Shown here: positions 1 to 7,641 of the stretch, piece after piece | How positions within the stretch are numbered: position 1 is the first letter of the stretch | Layout of the letters: every line of letters begins with the position of its first letter | Virus record (IMG/VR): IMGVR_UViG_3300046692_000130 | Coordinates: 1-64,000 of that record | DNA: 64,000 nucleotides | DNA from: a virus | Direction: 5' to 3' (one strand) | Program-made: the position numbers and the translations under genes | The notes under the pieces: generated by a model | What the model was told of the DNA's origin: nothing | The model's input: the letters and a program-made list of their open reading frames with translations, nothing else | Database searches by the model: none

Positions 1-345
1 GCCGTCCGTTATGTCTGGCGCGATCTCTGGCGCGTCTTTGTTTGCATCTATTGAAACGGTAAACGCATGCGAGACTTGCCCGTCAAGTAAAAACTTTGCT
101 GGCGCTGGCGTATATGCGTCGACGCTGGCCCGTTGCTGGCCCGTGTGGCGTCCGTGTGGCGTCCGTTATGCTCTGGCCCGTCCGTCTACGCTGGCGCGTC
201 TCTGGCCCGTTGTGGCGATCTCTGGCCCGTTGCTCTGGCCGTTGCTTGGCGCTGGCGCTGGCGCTGGCCGTCGACGCTGGCCCGTGTGGCGATCTCTAAA
301 GCGCTTGGCCGTTGCGCTGGCGCTGGCGCGATCTCTGCCACAAAG
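1..345. repeat. Short-word repeat block A (CTGGCCCGT, GCGCTGGC, GCGATCTCTGG, GTCGACG), A-poor on + strand
   Basis: Mosaic of recurring 5-11 nt words visible directly; reverse-complement vocabulary of the block at 3280-3770. Confidence 0.85.
56..86 (-). promoter_or_regulatory. Putative promoter TTGACG-N19-TACCGT firing out of the window to the left
   Basis: Same -35 and same 19-nt spacer as the promoters at 1332-1362 and 2858-2888. Confidence 0.5.
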
Positions 346-375
346 TAAAACGGCCAGACTCTAAAGTCTGACCGT
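342..375 (-). terminator. Rho-independent terminator, near-identical copy at 1436-1470
   Basis: Minus strand hairpin ACGGTCAGAC...GTCTGGCCGT followed by TTTACTTT, just downstream of ORF 400-1092. Confidence 0.75.
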
Positions 376-399
376 GTAACCGTGTGATGTTCTGGCGCG

Positions 400-1092
400 C
401 TATTGAATGACGTTTAGAAGCGCTTTATTTGCCTTTTTCACTCCACTGCCATGTGTTGCAAAAGCGATTACAGCGCCAGTATCGCGCAAACGGTCAGCAT
501 TCATGCAAAGCTTGCATGATAGGCAATTTGCAGCTTTGCCCGTTTGTTGTGGGCAAGGAATTACCCTTACTCCGTCGACAACTTTAGCGCTGGCCGTATC
601 GTGATATTCGACAACAATAGCAGCGCCAAAACCCTTTGCCATGGCGTCTTTTGTATCGGCGATAGTCTCGCAAGATGCAAGCACGGACACATCACGCCAT
701 GACTGGCGCGAAACATTACGCCATGCATGCGTGTAAGACCATACACTCTGGCCATGCTTGGCGCGATACTCTGACGCTGCAGCGCTAACCGTCGACGCGC
801 CAGCATCCGTTGTGCAATCTCCCACAACGTGTAGACGCAACGGACGGACGCCAGACAATTCACGGATTGCCAGCGCTTCGTTATCGGCCAGCGTCTGTAG
901 ACTCTGACCCTTTGCTGCAGTGTTGAGACGCTTTGTATGTATCGCCATAGGGCCAGACTCGGCGTAGCATCCTGACCCTTGAAACGGGCAACTAGACGGG
1001 CAAGTCTCTTGTGATGCATATGTGGCCGATACTTCACCAATTTTGATGTTGCCAGACTTCTCAATTGCCATAACTCCAATGTGCTTTGCCAT
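400..1092 (-). CDS. Cys-rich phage protein (DUF7227/gp88-like, possible Fe-S or metal binding)
   Basis: 230 aa; TCPSSCPFQGSGCYAESGP, RLHVVGD, YTH, CPQQ..NCLSCKLC motifs; AAACGGAGAT RBS. Confidence 0.75.
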   Translation of the reverse strand: MAKHIGVMAIEKSGNIKIGEVSATYASQETCPSSCPFQGSGCYAESGPMAIHTKRLNTAAKGQSLQTLADNEALAIRELSGVRPLRLHVVGDCTTDAGASTVSAAASEYRAKHGQSVWSYTHAWRNVSRQSWRDVSVLASCETIADTKDAMAKGFGAAIVVEYHDTASAKVVDGVRVIPCPQQTGKAANCLSCKLCMNADRLRDTGAVIAFATHGSGVKKANKALLNVIQ

Positions 1093-1165
1093 GATTTTTT
1101 GATCTCCGTTTTTCTTGTTTTATAGTGCGTTTTTTGTTGTCTGTATCGTTTGAGATTGCAGCAAA

Positions 1166-1291
1166 TTACCGCGTCTTTGTGGGATAAACCATGTGGCAGA
1201 GTAGACGGGCCAGACCGTGCAAAATGACGTTGTGGAACATAGCAAAGATAATCATTCCGCTGCAGAATATCGGGCCAGCAAAGTTAGTCAT
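1166..1291 (-). CDS. 41-aa hydrophobic peptide (absent from ORF track)
   Basis: MTNFAGPIFCSGMIIFAMFHNVILHGLARLLCHMVYPTKTR*; preceded by the AAACGGAGAT RBS and a promoter. Confidence 0.6.
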   Translation of the reverse strand: MTNFAGPIFCSGMIIFAMFHNVILHGLARLLCHMVYPTKTR

Positions 1292-1331
1292 GCGCTTTTG
1301 ATCTCCGTTTCTTGAAATGTGTTGCATAAAC

Positions 1332-1362
1332 AAAATAGCACGTTTTCTAACTCATCCGTCAA
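1332..1362 (-). promoter_or_regulatory. Putative promoter TTGACG-N19-TATTTT with extended -10 TG
   Basis: Homologous to 2858-2888, including the downstream GCAACACAT and the RBS. Confidence 0.65.
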
Positions 1363-1435
1363 GAAAAATAATTGTCTTATTTTGCGCGATCTCTGGCGCG
1401 ATCTCTGGCCGTTGCTCTGGCGCGATCTCTGCCAC

Positions 1436-1470
1436 AAAGTAAAACGGCCAGACTATAGCGTCTGACCGTT
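1436..1470 (-). terminator. Rho-independent terminator (copy of 342-375)
   Basis: Hairpin plus U-tract downstream of ORF 1523-1798. Confidence 0.75.
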
Positions 1471-1522
1471 GCGTCTAATGCCTATTCTTGGCCCGATACT
1501 GGCCCGTGTAGTGCTTGGCGCG

Positions 1523-1798
1523 CTAATCGTGAGTAATTACAGCATCTATGGCCCGTTGCATCGCATGGCGTCCGTGTGATGAAGGATAAAAGACGCCAAT
1601 CATGCGCGCTGGCGCATTGCGTCCGTCCGGTCTCAAAAAAGCTTTGTAAGGGTTTTCAGTGTCTGGCGTATCGTGGAATTTTTCGATGTGACCCAAAACG
1701 GCATTGCCTCTAAAAATAAGCCACACGTCAGACTCGGAACCTACACGCGCATCCTGCAGAACAACACGGACGCCAGATATTGTGTTTTCGTTTGCCAT
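1523..1798 (-). CDS. Hypothetical protein, 91 aa
   Basis: AAACGGAGAT RBS; lies between a promoter and a terminator. Confidence 0.7.
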   Translation of the reverse strand: MANENTISGVRVVLQDARVGSESDVWLIFRGNAVLGHIEKFHDTPDTENPYKAFLRPDGRNAPARMIGVFYPSSHGRHAMQRAIDAVITHD

Positions 1799-1851
1799 GG
1801 TAATAAATCTCCGTTTCCAATAGGTCTTTTGTTGTCGGTATAGGGTAAGAA

Positions 1852-2817
1852 TTACTGGCCAGCGCTGGCCCGTGTTACGCGTGTACCTGCAGCGCCGAGT
1901 CTAAAGCGCAATGGTTGCCCGTCTATTTTGTTCGGAACATACACTCTGGCCGAATTGCCTAGCAGGTACAAACGGCAATCTTCGAATCTAAAGACGTTGC
2001 CCGTTGCGTCCGTCCAATCCAAAACGATTCCGTCAAGCTGGCAATCTGTATCGTCTGGCGTCAGACCTAGCAAAGCACGGGCAGACGTTGCAGCATCGCG
2101 CTGGCGATCTAACTTAGCGGCCAGCGTCAGAGGATACGCTGCAATTGCCTTTTGACGGTCAGATTCTATTTGCTCTGGCGTGAATACAAGCGAATTGCCT
2201 TTAGCGTCGACGCCAAGCGCTGGCGCGATCTCTGGCAAGTTGTGGCCGTTTCTGTTTTCTTGATTGTGCAAAATGCTGTACGGAATGCCCGAGTTATTCG
2301 CAATGATCATATTTTGCGAATGATCAAAAGCAACCTTTTGCTCTGACCGTTTCGCCATGCATACCATGCAAACTGGCGCATTGCGAACATATACGCGATG
2401 ATCTCCACACGTCGACGCGAAGCAATCGGAGCATGAATCTTTAGCGTCTTTGCATGGCACATCTGCAGTAGAGACCGGATGCGCGCATATGTGGCAATGG
2501 TTGGCCCGTTGCTCTGCCACATAATCCGCATAACCTTCTATCGCATGCATGGCGTGAACATCAGACATCCGCGTCTTAGCATCCGAGTTATAGAAACGGA
2601 CGGTAATGTTTCCGCGAGTGTCAGACGTTGCACGGGCAAAGATTCCACACGCCAAAACAGATTCAACACGGATTGTGTTGTAAGACCACGAAGGAACTGC
2701 AGGATTCTCTTTTGCAATCGTTTGGATTGCGCGCCAGATTGCCCGTCTAACCGTTTCAAGTTTGCTTTGTGCATCCGTTGCGATCTCAATTACCGTGTAT
2801 TCGATTTTGCTTGCCAT
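1852..2817 (-). CDS. Hypothetical protein with central Zn-finger-like Cys/His cluster, 321 aa
   Basis: Start moved to ATG 2817 behind the AAACGGAGAT RBS; CHIC..C..CSDC..CGDH..CMVC. Confidence 0.75.
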   Translation of the reverse strand: MASKIEYTVIEIATDAQSKLETVRRAIWRAIQTIAKENPAVPSWSYNTIRVESVLACGIFARATSDTRGNITVRFYNSDAKTRMSDVHAMHAIEGYADYVAEQRANHCHICAHPVSTADVPCKDAKDSCSDCFASTCGDHRVYVRNAPVCMVCMAKRSEQKVAFDHSQNMIIANNSGIPYSILHNQENRNGHNLPEIAPALGVDAKGNSLVFTPEQIESDRQKAIAAYPLTLAAKLDRQRDAATSARALLGLTPDDTDCQLDGIVLDWTDATGNVFRFEDCRLYLLGNSARVYVPNKIDGQPLRFRLGAAGTRVTRASAGQ

Positions 2818-2857
2818 GGTCTCTAATCTCCGTTTTTGTTTTATGTGTTGCACATCC

Positions 2858-2888
2858 AAAATAGCATGCAATCTAACGTATCCGTCAA
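2858..2888 (-). promoter_or_regulatory. Putative promoter TTGACG-N19-TATTTT overlapped by palindrome CGTCA-N10-TGACG
   Basis: CGTCAATTTATTTTCTGACG occurs at 2883 and again at 3261. Confidence 0.65.
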
Positions 2889-3279
2889 TTTATTTTCTGA
2901 CGGTATTACGTCAAGCATTCAAATTGAATGATTTTGATCTCATCTATATATAGCGAAAAAAAATCTCATGCGATACATGTTTACTAAATAGTAAAAATAT
3001 AGGCATTTTTAGTGAGTTTTCCACAAGCAATTAAACGCTATTAGAGACGCCACACGGACGCGGATGTCTGACCGTGTAGGGTAGGACGTTTCTTTTAGTC
3101 GACGTCTGTACGGGCCAGCAAACGGCCACAGCGTTTAAATTCGTTTTCGCTTTTCATACGCTTTTGACCTATTTTTCCTATTCGCCAGATTAGCTTTTGT
3201 GTCAATAGCTTTTTTTGAGACTCACGGAAAAAAGTTACAGTCAAGAAAAAAGTATGATTGCGTCAATTTATTTTCTGAC

Positions 3280-3770
3280 GCGCCAGACGGACGGCCACAC
3301 GTCGACGCCAGAGCAACGGCCAGCGCCAGACGCCAGCGCGCATGTATGCACGGACACGGACGGGCCAGACCGTACCCTATACGCGCCAGAGATCGCGCAA
3401 CGGACAACGGCCAGACCATTAGGACAACGGACGGCCAGACGGACAACGGCCAGCGCCAGACGTCGACGCGCCAAGCGATACAGACGGGCCAGTCTCGGGC
3501 CAGAGATCGCGCAACGGTCAGACGGCCAGAGCATGGCAACGGACGCCACACGGGCCAGTATGCGCGCCAGAGTACAGACGCCAGACACGGGCCAGCGCCA
3601 GAGTATGTAGACGTCAGACGGACGGGCCAGACCATGTGGCAGAGATCGCGCAACGGCCAGCGCGCCAGCATAGATAGAAGGTACGTATAGACGGACGGAC
3701 ACGGGCCAGCATACGGGCCAGATACAGACATAGTAGAAGGTGAGATATCAGACCATGGCGTCTATGCACG
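3280..3770. repeat. Short-word repeat block B (GCCAG, ACGGGCCAG, AGAGATCGCGC, ACGGACG), T-poor on + strand
   Basis: More than 20 GCCAG words; 3539-3558 is the exact reverse complement of 136-155. Confidence 0.85.
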
Positions 3771-3848
3771 GTCTTAGATAGGCAAAGTCTTTGCTTTGCT
3801 TAGACTTAGCACGGGCCAAGCATGGCCAAGCATACGCCAAGCACAACC

Positions 3849-4125
3849 TAAGTTATTGATTCTATTAGAGACCACGGCAATCCACGAAAGACTTCGTAGA
3901 TAGACGCCTATTAGATTCAATGACATACGGGCAAGCGCTTTGTAACCTATTGAATTCATTACGTTTGAATCTACGAACTTCATCGTACGAACATCATCGT
4001 AGGCTAAGTTGTTCATTTTGAATGAGATAGCGGGGGTGGGTTCAAAATCGCATTATCAGACCTACTCGCGACCGACGCGCAGGTTGAATTTACACACCTG
4101 CACATCATTTAGAATCAAGGAGATA
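3849..4125 (+). other. Putative cos / packaging initiation region with IHF-like sites
   Basis: GGGGGTGGGTTCAAAATC..GACCGACGCGCAGGTTGAATTTACAC resembles cos regions of HK97-type phages as I recall them; IHF consensus YAANNNNTTGATW perfect at 3849, one mismatch at 3943, 4005, 4113; sharp compositional boundary. Confidence 0.6.
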
Positions 4126-4423
4126 GGCAATTTCAGCACTTTCGCGCCCTCGGCCCCGGTGATGGTCTGCTTGGTTGTCATGGTGGGATTCATTGATCCT
4201 AAAAGAGTTCTGCCCCAATGTCAAGCATAAAGTGTGCAGTAATCACTGCATACATTTTCTTGTCAAATTAGGGTAATTTTTATGCTTATTGAGGCAACCA
4301 TACCTTCAGGGCAGACCGGCGCAGCCACGAGGCGCTAATGAGCAGGGCGAGGCACTCTAGGCGATGCTCTGACCCCCATGCTACGGCTTGGATCCACAGG
4401 TAGGTTTCGCCTATGATTCGCCC

Positions 4424-4771
4424 ATGTGGTTTATGGAGCCGATGAACGCCCGAGGCAAGCCAGCGACTCACCGCGTCCTGATGAACTACATGCTCCGTGA
4501 CGGGTGGCAGATCAGCTTCCTCGAAGCCGACTGTAAGACTTCCCTCCCCCACCGGCTGGTCTTCCGTGACCCGGGAAAGATTTTGGAGATGCAGATCCGG
4601 TGGGGTGAGGAGAAGTCATCAGCCAGAACGGGCGACATCGAGCGCGACATTCGAATGGGTCGACCCGGGGGAGTCTGGCTGATCCTTTCAACTGAGGACT
4701 ACGAGAAATTGCGGGTGGTGCGTAAACCAGTCAGATCGGTCAGCACGACCGTCAGACGGCGACAGGGCTAG
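4424..4771 (+). CDS. Conserved hypothetical protein (type recalled from Acidobacteriota genomes)
   Basis: HRVLMNYMLRDGWQISFLEAD..GRPGGVWLIL; probably leaderless from ATG 4424, 6 nt after TATGAT. Confidence 0.65.
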   Translation: MWFMEPMNARGKPATHRVLMNYMLRDGWQISFLEADCKTSLPHRLVFRDPGKILEMQIRWGEEKSSARTGDIERDIRMGRPGGVWLILSTEDYEKLRVVRKPVRSVSTTVRRRQG

Positions 4772-4977
4772 TCGGCGCGTAGTTCATCGCCCATGGTGCC
4801 AAGGAACTCGACCGGCCTACCGTCTTCGTCAACGAACTGTAGATCGCGACCATAGGGCATGGCGAACAACGGGCTGGCCGCTGCTGGGCGCTCAAGCCCA
4901 TTCGTTGATATCCCCAAAGCCGCCAGTGTAGTCTTCAATGAGTCGACATCGTCAGGATGAACTAGGAACGTGATCAA
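4768..4977 (-). CDS. Hypothetical protein
   Basis: Overlapping start/stop with 4974-5243; GGAGG RBS. Confidence 0.6.
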   Translation of the reverse strand: MITFLVHPDDVDSLKTTLAALGISTNGLERPAAASPLFAMPYGRDLQFVDEDGRPVEFLGTMGDELRAD

Positions 4978-5243
4978 AGCTTCCTCCGGTGGTCTCTCTG
5001 CTGAACTGGGTGGGGGCAGAGCGACATGTCAGCGTTGTGGATTGCTCGTGCTCGGGCGTAGAGACGGTGGTACTGTTCGCTAAAAACACTGTAGGCGACA
5101 CAGCCAACGATCTCGCCCGGGGTGCAGCCACAGACCTTAGGTTGATTCTCGGCTGCTCGTTTGGACGCCTCCATCTGCTCTTCCCGGCGCTGCGCCCAGA
5201 GGCTCAACAAGTACCATTTTTGCGGTATAGCTTGAGTGCTCAT
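4974..5243 (-). CDS. Hypothetical protein
   Basis: ATGA-coupled operon member. Confidence 0.6.
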   Translation of the reverse strand: MSTQAIPQKWYLLSLWAQRREEQMEASKRAAENQPKVCGCTPGEIVGCVAYSVFSEQYHRLYARARAIHNADMSLCPHPVQQRDHRRKL

Positions 5244-5650
5244 GCGATCCTCGCAGTTCCAAGCGCGGGGATCCTTAGCTTGTTCATGGCGCGTGAGAAG
5301 CCAGACTGGCGCTGGGTGTCTTGTGGCATCTCACCGGTCTCAAAAAACTCCATGCCGGTGGCAGTGATACGTGCGCCCTGTACGTTAGTACCTTTGAACT
5401 CGATCAATCCCCTGCGCCGTGCGCGCTCTATGGCCTGATCGATAAGTTGATGGTCTGCGGACGGTCGCGTGAAACGGAGTACAAGATCCCCGTATCGAAG
5501 ATCTGGTTTGTTTCCCTTAGGGGCAGATGAATCGAAGGTGCGATGGAGTTCTGCAATCATGAAGCCCCGAACTACTTGCAGATCGGTGATGTCTTCTCTG
5601 TGTTGCTGCTCCGCGTAAAGGTTAGGCACTACTGCGCTGCTGCCAGACAT
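5240..5650 (-). CDS. Hypothetical protein, possible winged-helix C-terminal half
   Basis: AAGGA RBS; RRRGLIEF..ARITATG pattern. Confidence 0.6.
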   Translation of the reverse strand: MSGSSAVVPNLYAEQQHREDITDLQVVRGFMIAELHRTFDSSAPKGNKPDLRYGDLVLRFTRPSADHQLIDQAIERARRRGLIEFKGTNVQGARITATGMEFFETGEMPQDTQRQSGFSRAMNKLRIPALGTARIA

Positions 5651-5663
5651 GGTACTTGTTCCT

Positions 5664-6200
5664 TCATGATTGAAATTCGTTTGCCGTCATGATCGTTGTA
5701 TTCGATCGGTCTCCCTCTGTAACGATTACCAGAGGCACTCGATTGCTTAGTGTGAACTTGCTTATGAGTCGTCCACCGTTCTTGGCACCCTTGTCGTTGA
5801 GGCGCTTCTGCTTCGGTGTAACTTCGCCCCAGTCGCCGGTCATATGGCGCGGAAGGAACGACGCAACATTCTCGTCGGCAGTGAAGAGAGCTTCCATCCC
5901 TGCCTTAGTCGTATGGCATTGACCAAGATCTGTATAGGGCAGGAGTGGCTTCTTCGGGAGCCGGTGCTTCGTTGCATTGACTCGTTGCCCGAGGTTGTAA
6001 CCTTCTTCAAAGATCGCCGTCTGGGCCTCTTCGCAAACGATCAACCTACGGACGATCTTCGTAACCTGCTCAGGAGTGAAGTACTCAGCAAACTCCTTCT
6101 TTGATTTCGTGCTTCTTCTCTTTGCGCTCTTCGCAATTCGCAATGCTTCATCGAGATCTATGTCGGTGCCTACGTACATGGGGAGTCCCTCGCAAATCAA
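5664..6200 (-). CDS. Protein with C-terminal plasmid/ICE-type domain (RH..GDWG..GGRLIS..TEGDRS.TT)
   Basis: Recognisable motif string of a widespread small mobile-element family; GAGG RBS. Confidence 0.7.
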   Translation of the reverse strand: MICEGLPMYVGTDIDLDEALRIAKSAKRRSTKSKKEFAEYFTPEQVTKIVRRLIVCEEAQTAIFEEGYNLGQRVNATKHRLPKKPLLPYTDLGQCHTTKAGMEALFTADENVASFLPRHMTGDWGEVTPKQKRLNDKGAKNGGRLISKFTLSNRVPLVIVTEGDRSNTTIMTANEFQS

Positions 6201-6227
6201 TAGAGCAGATGTCGGCGCAGAACTCGA

Positions 6228-6446
6228 TCAAGACATCTTTGTAAAATAGATGCTTGCAAGCTGGTCATCGATTGTGAGAACACCCGTCACCTTGAACACG
6301 CCGTCCAGTTCAAGATCTCCATCGGATTGGATTGACAGAAGATCACCTGATTTAGCTGGTCTCAATCCCTCAAACTCGGCTGGGAGACCCCCGGGGAAAG
6401 CCAACTTATACCGGCCATTCCCCATCTCGATGATCCGTTGCTTCAT
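6228..6446 (-). CDS. Hypothetical protein, probably leaderless
   Basis: TTGCAA-N17-TACTGT ends 6 nt before ATG 6446. Confidence 0.6.
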   Translation of the reverse strand: MKQRIIEMGNGRYKLAFPGGLPAEFEGLRPAKSGDLLSIQSDGDLELDGVFKVTGVLTIDDQLASIYFTKMS

Positions 6447-6515
6447 TTGCCAACAGTAGCATGATACTTGACTCTTTGCAACAAGCCTCGGCTGTATCGT
6501 CTGAGTAAGCACAAC

Positions 6516-7406
6516 TCAACCGATTTTGTCTGTACCACTCTTGTCGATATACGCCCAGTACTTCACATCCGCGCCGGGAAAGTGCGTGAACCAGACTTCG
6601 CCGTTCCTGCAGTCGCGCACCATTTGAGCGATTCCAGAGTCACCGCAGGTATGCAGCACAAGGATCTTCTCGCTCACTTCGTAGTCTCCGCGCCTCACGA
6701 ACGTGGGCAGGACAGTGACCGGGTTCCATGGAATGCCAGCACGACGCTCGTCGTTCAACTTCGCAATCTCAGCATTGAGCTTTGCAATCTCTGCCTCTTG
6801 CATGTCGAATGCAATTTTACGCTCGGCGGCTTCCTTGGAGACGGTTGGGTCGTTCGCGATCCGAATGTTTTGTTCGACGAGCTTGGCAAGGGCCGCTCGA
6901 TGGTTGCCGTCCTTGCAGCAGCCCCAGACTGTGGCGAGGTAGTCGTCGACCTGAACGAGACACGCCCTCGCTTCGTTCATTTCGTTCTGCAGCTTGGTCG
7001 CCCGGGCCTCGGCTTCCTTCTTCGTCCAATGCTCCCGGTAGAACTTGTTCTCTGCGTCAGTCATACGGTCGGCCAGCTTCCTGATGTGGTCGCGCTGTTC
7101 GTAGTTGGTGAACCGGCGAGGCTGGCCGTTGTACATCGTGTACGACTTGAGCTTGTCTTCGGCAAGTAGTGCGCGGGAGTTTCGCACCGTGCGCTTCTTC
7201 CAATCGATATGGACACCAGCCTTCTGCAGCGCCGACGTCAGCGTGTCTCTCAGTGACGTATTTGCAATGATGAGATCTTCGACATCTGTCCTGAGTTCCT
7301 GCGCCCGATCCTGCCACGCAAACTGACGAGCCAGTGTTGAGATGATCTTCCGCTTGCGCCTAAAGAATGGAATGGGTACGGAACGGGCCTTCAGTTCGTG
7401 CTCCAC
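6516..7406 (-). CDS. Coiled-coil hypothetical protein
   Basis: Long ORF in the operon; start uncertain (GTG 7406). Confidence 0.65.
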   Translation of the reverse strand: MEHELKARSVPIPFFRRKRKIISTLARQFAWQDRAQELRTDVEDLIIANTSLRDTLTSALQKAGVHIDWKKRTVRNSRALLAEDKLKSYTMYNGQPRRFTNYEQRDHIRKLADRMTDAENKFYREHWTKKEAEARATKLQNEMNEARACLVQVDDYLATVWGCCKDGNHRAALAKLVEQNIRIANDPTVSKEAAERKIAFDMQEAEIAKLNAEIAKLNDERRAGIPWNPVTVLPTFVRRGDYEVSEKILVLHTCGDSGIAQMVRDCRNGEVWFTHFPGADVKYWAYIDKSGTDKIG

Positions 7407-7428
7407 CTTGACGGCTATGTAGGGTCTG

Positions 7429-7641
7429 CTAGACAACCTTGACCTCCAGCTTCCGATCATCAACAGCGATGAGCTTCGCATCCTTTGGGTTCGCGAGATC
7501 CACTTCGAACGTCAGCTTGTGCTCGTAGCCAATGAACGAGAAATCCCGTGCTGCCTCTCCAGTGAGACCAAGCTGGTCAGCCTTGCTGTACATGTAATCG
7601 CCGTCGGCGTGGAGATGCACGTCGATAGTGGTCTTAGCCAT
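7429..7641 (-). CDS. Hypothetical protein
   Basis: AAGGA RBS, overlaps the upstream stop. Confidence 0.65.
   Translation of the reverse strand: MAKTTIDVHLHADGDYMYSKADQLGLTGEAARDFSFIGYEHKLTFEVDLANPKDAKLIAVDDRKLEVKVV

Noticed and set aside
100-340. GCTGGCG words as Chi sites
   Set aside because: They do not match E. coli Chi (GCTGGTGG) and the host Chi is unknown; unsupported
11-364. ORFs across repeat block A
   Set aside because: Stop-free only because the strand is A-poor; low-complexity translation, no RBS, antisense to local transcription
3199-3731. Four overlapping ORFs across repeat block B
   Set aside because: Open in several frames because of strand skew; no RBS or protein-like features
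3280-3770. Possible CRISPR or mini-array
   Set aside because: No constant-length repeat with unique spacers; no cas genes
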